This document shows positions 24,596 to 35,791 of a stretch of 35,791 nucleotides of DNA, one piece after another. Under the pieces are notes generated by a model. It saw nothing but the letters and a program-made list of their open reading frames with translations, was not told the origin of the DNA and made no database searches. The position numbers and the translations under genes were made by a program. This DNA is from Octopus bimaculoides (lineage: Eukaryota), in assembly GCF_001194135.2 (NCBI RefSeq), contig NC_068999.1, positions 10,437,618 to 10,473,408 of the forward strand, written 5' to 3'. How positions within the stretch are numbered: position 1 is the first letter of the stretch; each line of letters begins with the position of its first letter.

Positions 24596-26845
24596 AAGAG
24601 AATTCGCATGTATAATAAAATAACTCAGATCACACCTTTAGGTTCTTTGTCATTTGATTTCCCCCTTAATGAATGTCGCTCTCTTTCTCTCTCTCTCTCT
24701 CTCTTCTTTTTCTCCAGTTCTCTCTCCCTCTACCTATCTTTCAATGTCAAACATATCCAGGGTGCCGTACTATCTAAAAGCCACAGGTTAACCCGTAACC
24801 AGTGGCATCCTCCTTCAGTAGCTGTACGAAACACAACCCTTTCAAAAATATTCATGAATTATTACCACTCCTCCGATAAGAGCTGTTAAGTATGTACCAC
24901 CAACGCCACTACTACACTCCACAGTATGCCGTTCATTCATAAAAAAATTATATATTCAAGGTTAACAACAGCTTTGTAAAAAAAAGCTCTGACAATATTT
25001 GTAAACCCTGGTATTTGTTATATTCTGGAACGCGCATGCGTCTCTAATTTATAGGTTACTTGTCGATGTTTATGTATATAAAGGCGATTGTATATCAGTC
25101 CAATTGTACCAATTACAATTGGAAATACTGTCGCAATTGTTGTAATGTTTTCAATTGAATAGTTAAATTCGCGTGATTTCTTAGCTTTTCAGCTCGCTTC
25201 TTTCACGGCTTTATAGTCATTCAGTATTGATATGTCAAATTATTAGGTCGCTATTGTCATTCCTGTCAAGAAAATTGTCGTCAAGTTTATTGTGCGCTAG
25301 ATCATGGTTTGTTTGTATGCTAAAGATCCATAGAATCTTCATGTTTTCGTTTTCTAAGATGATCATATGTGGAGCTGAAGCATTTGTAAGCAGTCGTGTG
25401 TACGTTGTTACGTTTCCTAATGTATTATGTTGAAGCTAATATGGGACATCCTCATACAATATGTTGAATAGTTTCAGAAAATAGACCACACAGGTGACAT
25501 ATCTTATTTGTGTTACAGGAATCATGGGTGTTCCCCCATAATCTACAAAGAAACGCCGACCTATTTCTCTATGGCAATTGTTTGTTCATTCTGCTGCTTC
25601 ATTCATTTAAGCTCCATTTATTCATTCACGTCCGACTCAGGTCGTTAATGATATATGGGGCATTCCGTTCAAAGCCATATTGAATTTATAAAAGGGAATA
25701 CCGTTACGTCTATTGTGTGCATTATTCTTGTATTATATATAATATCGATGTAATTAAATCCGCAATAAGCATGAACGTCTGTATCCAAGCAGATATTAAC
25801 ACGGATGACGCTAATATTTTGCGTGGAGATACTACTGACGCAACGGCATATATATTTTGTATAAAATACACAGTAAGTAGGATCGCTGGAGTTCTATGAG
25901 TATAGGCAATGGAAATCAGTTGTTATATCGCATGGTAAAGGTAAAGTTTGCCGGCCGTTGTTGTTTTCTGAAGGCACCGAATAAATAGAGATGGATATCG
26001 GAATGAATTAAACAGTTTGTATTCCATAACAGACGTATATGTGTGTGAATGTGTGAGAGAGTGTGTGTGTGTGCGTGTGTCTATGTGTGTGTGTGGGGGA
26101 AATGTAAGTGCATAAGTGTGTATTTTGTTGCGTGTAAGTTTTGTATGTAAGTGAATTTGTACGTAAGGGCGCACACGCAGTTACACAAATATCAATACCT
26201 GTAGCGTTGATATATATATATATATATANNNNNNNNNNNNNNNNNNNNNNNNNNNNNNNNNNNNNNNNNNNNNNNNNNNNNNNNNNNNNNNNNNNNNNNN
26301 NNNNNNNNNNNNNNNNNNNNNNNNNNNNNNNNNNNNNNNNNNNNNNNNNNNNNNNNNNNNNNNNNNNNNNNNNNNNNNNNNNNNNNNNNNNNNNNNNNNN
26401 NNNNNNNNNNNNNNNNNNNNNNNNNNNNNNNNNNNNNNNNNNNNNNNNNNNNNNNNNNNNNNNNNNNNNNNNNNNNNNNNNNNNNNNNNNNNNNNNNNNN
26501 NNNNNNNNNNNNNNNNNNNNNNNNNNNNNNNNNNNNNNNNNNNNNNNNNNNNNNNNNNNNNNNNNNNNNNNNNNNNNNNNNNNNNNNNNNNNNNNNNNNN
26601 NNNNNNNNNNNNNNNNNNNNNNNNNNNNNNNNNNNNNNNNNNNNNNNNNNNNNNNNNNNNNNNNNNNNNNNNNNNNNNNNNNNNNNNNNNNNNNNNNNNN
26701 NNNNNNNNNNNNNNNNNNNNNNNNNNNNNNNNNNNNNNNNNNNNNNNNNNNNNNNNNNNNNNNNNNNNNNNNNNNNNNNNNNNNNNNNNNNNNNNNNNNN
26801 NNNNNNNNNNNNNNNNNNNNNNNNNNNNNNNNNNNNNNNNNNNNN

Positions 26846-26878
<33 letters not shown>

Positions 26879-26964
26879 TAGATATATGTATAAGCATATA
26901 GTTACACAGTGTCGCACATGCGGGGACCCTCGCATACACTCACACACACAAACATAAACGCAGG

Positions 26965-27034
<70 letters not shown>

Positions 27035-27361
27035 CGTATATGCATATAGATGTATGTGTAAACAAATATCTATGCATATATATAAATATATATTCATGTA
27101 AACGTATATTTGCCTATGTGAACGTATGTGTATATAAGTACGTAACTGCGTATATAGACAGGGTGAGATAGACACACGCATACAAATGCACATGTGCGAA
27201 TTCATCCTCATATGTGTGTGAATAAACAGGCATATGCAGGGCGCGGTGAATAAATTGTCGTGTAAATTATGCAAAAACAAAAATAACATTGACGTCTCAT
27301 TTTAATGGATTCATTTAGACCAAAATTACATAAAAATATCTTGAAATACCAAAGAGCAAAT

Positions 27362-28319
27362 TTATTCAATAAAATCGCCATTGGCTTCAACCACGGCCTC
27401 TAGACGACTTCGGAATCTCCTGAAACACTTCTGGACGGTCTCCTTGTTTAAGTTGGTCAATGCTGCCATGATTCTAGCCTTCCGTTCATCTTTGGTGTTA
27501 AAGGAATTGTGTTGGTCTCTCGCTAAACTGCGACCCACACATAAATAAATCAAGTGGGTTGCATTCTAGGGAGTTAGATGGCCAGATGTTAAATGTTATG
27601 TGGTGGAAGAAATTGTCTGACAACCAAGACTGGGTTCTCCTGCTTATGTGGCATGTTGCAGAGTCCTCTTGCCAGACGTAGGGTCTTCCAGCAGCAACCC
27701 TTTTGACTCAAGGCAGCGCTACCTCCTCCAGGCACTTTATGTAGGCCCCCGTGTTCAGTCTGAGGCCGTGTGAAAACATGAATAGAGGCATAACGTTGCC
27801 ATCACTAGTGACCACTCCAAAGACCACGATGTTTGATTTTTATCACTCTCGGTACATGTTTTAGGGACACGGCAAATCAACGGTTGTTCACTATCTAATC
27901 TTGGTAAAAATTTTTCTCGTCTGAGGACAAGCCAGGAGCATGTTCGGTTGGAGGGGATGCTTGAGTTTGTTCAAAAGCTTCGTAGCGTAGGCTTTACTCA
28001 TATCCTTGAAGGCCTGGGATAACAAATGACCCTTTCTCATCATGTATGATGAATACCGAATGTCTTCATGCACTACCTGCCTGATAAGAAACTCGGACAT
28101 TCCCATGTCCCTTTTTACTCTTTTACTTGTTCCAGTCATTTGACTGCGGCCATGCTGGAACACCGCCTTTAGTCGAGCAAATCGACCCCAGGACTTATTC
28201 TTTGTAAGCTTAGTACTTATTCTATCGGTCTCTTTTTGCCGAACCGCTAAGTTACGGGGACGTAGACACACCAGCATCGGTTGTCAAGAGATGGTCGGGG
28301 GACAAACACAGAGACACAA

Positions 28320-28364
<45 letters not shown>

Positions 28365-28822
28365 CGACGGGCTTCTTTCAGTTTCCGTCTACCAAATTCA
28401 CTCAATGGCTTTATTCGGCCGGAGGCTATAGTAGAAGACACTTGCCCAAAGTGCCACGCAGTGGGACTGAACCCGGAACCATGTGGTTGGTAAGCAAGCT
28501 ACTTACCACACAGCCACTCCTGCGCCTATTGATAGACCTGATTGACTTGGCGGGATAGTTGTCAATCACGGCCTGGATTTCACACATTTAGGATGTCTTT
28601 TCTTATCAGAATGATCAGAGTGAGTTTTCTGAGCTGCGGTAAATTCGTAATCACCATTAGACTCATCCAACTCTTTACGAAACCTCTGCACCGTCCTGAG
28701 ATTGACACCCAAACACTCTGAAATGTTCGTATCGGAACTTCCGACGCGAATAGCATGCAGTACAGCATACTTTTTCTAGGTTTCTGGCAGAGTGAATTGC
28801 ACCACGGTGCTGTTTTTCTCAT
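27362..28822 (-). pseudogene. Decayed Tc1/mariner transposase, DD37D (maT/Bmmar1-like) type, interrupted by a SINE
   Basis: Manual minus-strand translation across frameshifts and stops gives an N-terminal HTH (AVLHAIRVGSSDTNISECLGVNLRTVQRFRKEL) and a second HTH (EIQAVIDNYPAKSIRSIN|RDMGMSEFLIRQVVHEDIRY). The catalytic residues are SDEKNF (D at 27919-27921), VWQEDSATCH (D at 27663-27665) and WPSNSLECNPLD (D at 27549-27551), with exactly 37 residues between the 2nd and 3rd D. The C-terminus reads FRRFRSRLEAVVEANGDFIE*. Multiple in-frame stops and frameshifts are present. Confidence 0.87.
28113..28527 (-). mobile_element. Full-length tRNA-derived SINE (family A; resembles octopus OR-type SINEs)
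   Basis: The minus-strand head AGGCGCAGGAGTGGCTGTGTGG has an A-box-like motif (28506-28516) and a B-box-like GGTTCAGTCCC (28463-28473). It carries an internal (CA)/(TA) tract and a short tandem 3' tail (GTAAAAGAGTAAAA). It is about 92% identical by eye to 24165-24301 over ~137 nt and also matches 8723-8794 and 7055-7112. The family name is from recall, not a search. Confidence 0.85.
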
Positions 28823-29082
28823 AGATGATACCCAACTGAACCTACGATACTGTGTAGTCGACAAAATCAAAAGCAAAGAATGTACAAGCGCGAGATTCTA
28901 TATATGTGTATATGAATACGCTAATATGCTTGAATTTACTGTTTTTATTTTGTGCGTTACAAGGACATTTGTGTTAAACTAGTAATTATAGTCTTGTGAC
29001 ATAAAGCTATGTCACTAAAGTTCCTGACGTTTTTAACAATGAAAACTTAGTGAAAGAAAAGAAACTATAAATATACATTCAT

Positions 29083-29125
<43 letters not shown>

Positions 29126-31712
29126 CATATACACAAATAACAATGAAGGGGAGATTGCTATTTTTCAGTATTCCTACATTATGTTTTCTGTTTTTACTCA
29201 TTTTTCTACCTTATATCAAAGACATACAAATGAATATTAGTTCTTACGCAAACACAAGTCCATTTTACGCATCTTATTCTCTCTTTAAACCTTTTTTTTA
29301 CCTCTATAACACCTGTTTACTGTATCAATCCTATAGTCCCCTAATACACTATCTCCTCTAGATTAACGTCATTCTCATATATAAACTTTTTTTAAAATAT
29401 ACACCATACTTAGTATTGCTTCTAAGTGTCAGGTCATATATTAATTCCGATATAGCCATACCTTTCCCTTGGACACTTCTATACAATCTTTACCCTACGT
29501 GACTTATTTGGAGTTAGAATTTCTAATCTTCTTATTCATCTATAGCAGGAACGCCTCTAAAACCTCTTTCACTTATATTTTCAAATAATCGTTACGGCCT
29601 TTGATTGTAGCTAATACTTATCTGGACTCACAACCCTTTTTTTTTTTTTCCCATAATGATAAACTTGAATCTCCTAGATCTTATTCTATCTCCTTTCTCA
29701 AGTCCTTTGTAAAAATTTTGTTTATACTTCTTGCACTGAAGACTACAGTGATATATAAACAATTTAATTAATTTAATTATTTCAATTCAAGCATAATTTT
29801 GCATGATTTTTATTTTGCTGTACGAAACGATGGTCCCCATGAATTAAACTTCTCTTATATATTTTAACACCTTCTCTTCTCCATTTTGAATAAAACCGTT
29901 GAGTTTTATGTGATTCCTTTCCAGAAATTCACAACACACCACACACACACACACACACNNNNNNNNNNNNNNNNNNNNNNNNNNNNNNNNNNNNNNNNNN
30001 NNNNNNNNNNNNNNNNNNNNNNNNNNNNNNNTATATATATATATATATATATATATATGGAAATCGTCAAAACATTAACAAGGAGGAAAAGACGATAGCA
30101 CAACAACGGCAAGCAGGACAAAACAACTTACACGGATCATTCGCAGCCAATTGCTTCTTCAGTCGGAACCTGGAATGTCCACGTAGTTTCGGCGAATTCT
30201 CTCCGATACTACAGGAAACCAGTTGGGCCAAGGGCTTAGGCTAAAGACATTAAGACACTGAACAAGGCAAGTGAATGTTCATATACAAACACAAGGAAAT
30301 AACAAACAGAAGGGGTCTTTAGTCTATCGCATGAACATAACATAAGAAATAGAATTACACATATATAAAGGACAAAAGCCTTTCGGCTATACAAAAGTAG
30401 AAAAGAAAAAGGAAACAAAACAATGTCTTTCGACTATCAGACAGTGTTGTAAGCTGTCGCAAGGAGAAAGGAAATTGAAAAAATCTTAACTGACCGGGTG
30501 GCGAGACAAAACAACAGAAGCGACTGACCTCAAAGCAGTCAGCCGAAAAAGAATGACAACGCATAAACCGGACAGAGATCACATGATAGAGGAGGGGGAG
30601 GAGTTGAAGAAGGCAGAGGAAACTAAGGAGCATGAGAGAAGTCGCTGCTAGTTACATTTGAAGTCTTCTTTGAACAGTCAGTTGTCTGCTTACCTGGAAA
30701 ACATCAATGTTGTTATTAGCAAGAAGAGTGGAAATTAATAGATCCAAGATTTCACAGCTCCATCATCACACCTTCATAATCAGCTTAAGAACATTTCAGC
30801 TCAGTCCCTTATGTCCTTACGTATTCGTGATAAGCATAGCTACGAGCGTAAAACAGAATAGATATAGACGGTAAACGAAAATAACATCCCGAATTCTATG
30901 ATGTTCTACCATTCACTAGATATCACATACCTCAGCTCTTCGATAATATACGCCGTCTTTCAAAGAGCCTAGCCATACCTTAAGAGGTTAATTAAATGTA
31001 AAGATTGTCTGAGCAAAGATTCCTAGATTTTGGTGAAAATTCCTACATTTTAGAAAGTATCCCACATTTTCAAACACAGGAATGGTTAAATTTATTGAAA
31101 TCATACAACCCAAACGTGTCTCATTTTAATACAAGCAATAATGTAAGAATGTTTGGTTTTGCGAACTTCTCTATGTTTAATCAAGTGCACTACATTAACC
31201 AGCGAGAGGCAGCTGTAAAAGATACAGCTATAGACATGCATCACATCTTCACTCTCAAAGCACCTACCTGATTGGAATAAAATATTCCGCGTCTCGATGT
31301 ATAAAACTCCGAGTATCAATGAAGTAAATTCGGTGATAAATTTTTCAATTATGAATATAAAAGTTTATCATGTTTGGAATTAATATTTCATAGTGGAATG
31401 TATGAGCTTTGATTTGTTCCATTTGCACACACAGCAATATGTATATATNNNNNNNNNNNNNNNNNNNNNNNNNNNNNNNNNNNNNNNNNNNNNNNNNNNN
31501 NNNNNNNNNNNNNNNNNNNNNNNNNNNNNNNNNNNNNNNNNNNNNNNNNNNNNNNNNNNNNNNNNNNNNNNNNNNNNNNNNNNNNNNNNNNNNNNNNNNN
31601 NNNNNNNNNNNNNNNNNNNNNNNNNNNNNNNNNNNNNNNNNNNNNNNNNNNNNNNNNNNNNNNNNNNNNNNNNNNNNNNNNNNNNNNNNNNNNNNNNNNN
31701 NNAAATATTTAT

Positions 31713-31743
<31 letters not shown>

Positions 31744-31781
31744 AATACACACACGCACGCACATATACACACATACATATA

Positions 31782-31813
<32 letters not shown>

Positions 31814-33249
31814 CAAATGTATGAAGAAAGAAACCCAGACACGCACACACATACAAATACACACATATATTTATATGCATGTAGGATATAGGCATGCATG
31901 TGTGTGTGTGTATGTGAGTGTATGTGAGTGTGTGTGTGTGTATGTGTGTTTATGTGTGCGTGTGTGTGCGCATCCCGGTATGTGAACATATGTAATCGTC
32001 TTAATAGACTTTTTGTTTGCAATTTCTGTGTAATAACCTCATCTATTGCGTCTATGTGTATTTGCCTCCAACAGACGTTGTGACCGTGCATTTCCATGCA
32101 TATGTGTAAGCGTGTTAGCATGCGTTTCTGTACGTGCTCCAGTATGAATTTCCTTGTGTTTGTGTGTGTGTGTTGGTGTGCATGTGTATGCGTGTTTAAT
32201 TGTGTATGCGCAGATATATTGTAAGTGGTGGTCTGTCGAACAACATAGGGAATGGATGAAAAAGCAGAATGATATTCACGAATGCATTGAAGAATAGAGC
32301 CTGCGATTTTATCACGGTTAATTTTAGGTCATTACCTCTGATGTGATGTGGAGGAGTGGAGGGGGGGATAAAAATATAGGAAATAGGGAGAATGAGACAG
32401 AAAGGGCACTGAGCGAAAGAAGGGAATGTGGTGGAGGAAAGAGGGAGGGACGAAGTGCAAAGAAGCGAATGGTGATGAATCCATTAGGCGCCATTGTTGA
32501 ATTGAAGTTTTATGAAATTTAATCACTTTCGATTAGAACAACCCCAACCGCACACACAGAGTATATACATACGTATATATATATACATACATACGTACGT
32601 ACATACATACATACATACATAAATACATATATGCATACATACAAACAAACATACATACATACATACATGCATACATACATGCATACATATATATACATAC
32701 ATATATATATACATATATATATGTATATATATATGCATGTATATATGTATATATANNNNNNNNNNNNNNNNNNNNNNNNNNNNNNNNNNNNNNNNNNNNN
32801 NNNNNNNNNNNNNNNNNNNNNNNNNNNNNNNNNNNNNNNNNNNNNNNNNNNNNNNNNNNNNNNNNNNNNNNNNNNNNNNNNNNNNNNNNNNNNNNNNNNN
32901 NNNNNNNNNNNNNNNNNNNNNNNNNNNNNNNNNNNNNNNNNNNNNNNNNNNNNNNNNNNNNNNNNNNNNNNNNNNNNNNNNNNNNNNNNNNNNNNNNNNN
33001 NNNNNNNNNNNNNNNNNNNNNNNNNNNNNNNNNNNNNNNNNNNNNNNNNNNNNNNNNNNNNNNNNNNNNNNNNNNNNNNNNNNNNNNNNNNNNNNNNNNN
33101 NNNNNNNNNNNNNNNNNNNNNNNNNNNNNNNNNNNNNNNNNNNNNNNNNNNNNNNNNNNNNNNNNNNNNNNNNNNNNNNNNNNNNNNNNNNNNNNNNNNN
33201 NNNNNNNNNNNNNNNNNNNNNNNNNNNNNATATATATGTATATATTTGT

Positions 33250-33281
<32 letters not shown>

Positions 33282-33533
33282 GTAAAATGCGTACATATTT
33301 GTATTTGTGCTCATCTGCGTGCACATAAGATTTATAGATGCATGTGTTTAAGCATGTACGTGCGCATTATGTATGTATGTATGTATGTATGTATGTATGT
33401 ACTTATAAACTCAATGCACTCATACACTGCGACACATATAAGATTTCCATAACCTTAGTTATCAGATATTTAAAAGTCATGATTACATATCAATCGAAGA
33501 GCGGAAATAAGAAGTGCAGAAACAGAACAACAG

Positions 33534-33697
<164 letters not shown>

Positions 33698-35385
33698 TTA
33701 ATCATTACGATGTTGATGACGACAATGAGTAGTAATGATAAGCATGTTTTAAACATTAAGCATCACTTCTCATTCGGAAATATTTTGTGATTCTCGTACT
33801 TAACTCTCAACAGCAGAGCTAAAACCTTGTTTCCTTTTGTTATGCCTTACGTTAGACCTTATCAAATGTATACGAGAGGCACCGCATTGTAATTGAAGCA
33901 TAGTTTACCACGGGTTACATAATCTGATATGATCTTCAATTTTCCTTAAAAGCGATAGGCTCAAATTTCACAGAATTTTTACATGCTATTACTTACAGGT
34001 AAAGAAATTTCCCTGTGGCTCCCTCTTATCTGGTTCTTAAAAAATTGTTTTAACTCTTTAACACACGTTCAACCTATAAGAAGTAGATTTTTGTTGAAAA
34101 TCATTCCAATACACTTCTGTCTATTGTTTTTATATCTAGCGTTTTATTAGAAATTGCATACATCTGCTTTATCATACGTTAAGTAGTTACATGATGTCAA
34201 GGCATGTCCCCCTGGCCATAAAAATATCATAATGAATAAATATTTTAAAATCAAATTTAAATATGTTTTAAAATGACATGACTATGAAAATCACTTTCGT
34301 CTTTCAGAATATTTTCGGCAAATGGCCAGTCGTCCATAAAGGGTGAGAAAAATGGGAAACTATAGCACATTTAAAGTAATAAACTTAGAAACATTATGGA
34401 AAGTTCCAATGTGTTTAAAATATGAGAGATTTTTATGTATTTCAGGTACGTGACAATGCAACATATATGAAAGTATGGAGATTGTAATATATTTTAAGTA
34501 TGGAAAACTTTAATATATTTATAATAATTAAGGCTCTAATGTAGGAGACAGTAAGATGTTTAAAGAATTGAAGTCTGGAATTGGAAAGTATTTGTAGCAA
34601 GTTTTCCGCATATTAAGCCCTTCGCTCCCGATGGGGAATAAACTTATTCACGACTTTACTTCGCTGTCCTCGTATCAGGGTTGTCATTTCTGTTTCTCTC
34701 CATTTGGACCCTTGCTTTTTCAATTCCTGATAAAAACCCTTTCTCTACTAGGTCTTCTTAGTTTGATTCGTCATCGATGGCTCTCTCCCTTCGCTTTGTC
34801 CTAGGTAGGGGATTTTGTCTCTACGTAAACCCAATTTACCTCTGGGAAGAGCTGATCCATATTAGCTTGGCCACACTCCTTTTACGTATTGAGTATAGGA
34901 TGTTCTCCCACAGTGGGCGCTCAACCGGCATGACTCTTTGGCTTATTGAGGTACCAGGCAACCACACAACAATCTGAACTGAGCATTTGATGGATTAAAG
35001 AATCTAGAATACTCTAATGAACTTAAAGCATGGTAGAAAGTACTATATTTGAGTAGGAAGATTTTATATATCTAACATACGCATAATATTTATATTTAAG
35101 TTGCAAAATACAGCAATATATAAAATATTTCAAATAAATTATTCTGATATTTGTACTCTTTTTAACAGAAGGCTGAATGCGAGGCCTTGTGTTAAAAAGA
35201 ACAAATTTAGAGTGGTTTGTAGATATTTATCATTTACTTCTAGCGTGTTGGCGTTGGCCCTCCAGCGCCCTTCATTATAATTATATTTTTATAATTATAT
35301 ACTTAANNNNNNNNNNNNNNNNNNNNNNNNNNNNNNNNNNNNNNNNNNNNNNNNNNNNNNNNNNNNNNNNNNNNNNNNNNNNNNN

Positions 35386-35416
<31 letters not shown>

Positions 35417-35436
35417 ATATATACTTAAATATATTT

Positions 35437-35760
35437 GTGGCACTCCGTCGGTTACGACGATGAGGTTTCGAGTTGATACGATTAACGGAACAGCCTGCTA
35501 GTGAAATTAACGTGCATGTGGCTGAACACTCCACAGACACGTATACTCTTAACGTAGTTCTCAGGGAGTTTCAGCAAGATACAGAGTGTGACAAGGCTGA
35601 CCCTTTGAAATACAGGTACTACTCATTTTTGCCAGCTAAGTGGACTAGAGTAACGTAAACTAGAAAGTCTTGCTGAAGGACCCAACGAGTCGCCGGGAAG
35701 TGAACTCACAACCTTCCGAGCGTGTGCCGTATACGTTAAGCACTAAGCCACGCGCCCTCA
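35437..35760 (-). mobile_element. tRNA-derived SINE (family D)
   Basis: The minus-strand head GGCGCGTGGCTTAGTG has an A-box-like motif (35741-35750) and a B-box-like GAGTTCACTTCCC (35695-35707), followed by a ~250-nt GC-enriched body that I recall as a common octopus repeat. Confidence 0.65.
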
Positions 35761-35791
35761 ACCCCTCACACGTGCACGCATATAGTGTATA

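Larger units (their letters stand above)
27237..28895 (-). mobile_element. Non-autonomous relic of a mariner/maT DNA transposon
   Basis: Contains the transposase pseudogene. A probable TIR (CAGGGCGCGGTGAATAAATTGTCG, 27237-27260) lies 3' of the ORF, preceded by TG instead of the expected TA. No matching TIR is visible at the other end, so that boundary is approximate. Confidence 0.7.

Noticed and set aside
29200-29700. Very degraded LINE APE-endonuclease (GKGMAI, VLGDY fragments on the minus strand)
   Set aside because: The motifs are too short, lie in different frames with many stops, and are compatible with chance.
33960-34600. Chain of plus-strand micro-exons with good splice signals
   Set aside because: Several incompatible phase chains can be built, and the exon with the best acceptor introduces stops in them. 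This is expected by chance in AT-rich DNA.
34660-34990. Degraded LINE RT/RNase H-like segment
   Set aside because: Composition is somewhat GC-elevated, but no diagnostic motif (YADD, RNase H catalytic pattern) is recoverable.

Overview
This is a eukaryotic, AT-rich, microsatellite-saturated and largely non-coding window with 16 assembly gaps (about 4.6 kb of N). The SINE families, which I recognise from memory rather than by search, and the dense (TA)/(CA)/(TATC)/(TATG)/(AAT) repeats point to a coleoid cephalopod, most likely Octopus (inference). No intact host gene can be recognised, and nearly all ORFs in the supplied track are microsatellite or N-gap artefacts. The best-supported features are: (1) a decayed Tc1/mariner DD37D (maT-type) transposon at ~27.2-28.9 kb, split by a full-length tRNA-derived SINE; (2) a 5'-truncated 3' end of an RLE-type non-LTR retrotransposon (zinc-knuckle remnant plus PD-(D/E)xK endonuclease) at ~7.1-7.7 kb; (3) about 11 SINE copies or fragments in up to four families, including a cluster with an inverted pair at 23.1-24.3 kb; and (4) a 22-bp x8 minisatellite plus several near-perfect palindromes. 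A few low-confidence candidate exons exist (~3.1-4.7 kb, ~13.3 kb, ~30.1-30.8 kb). I found no convincing new biological system; the findings concern TE nesting, DNA/RNA structure and unassigned exon candidates.
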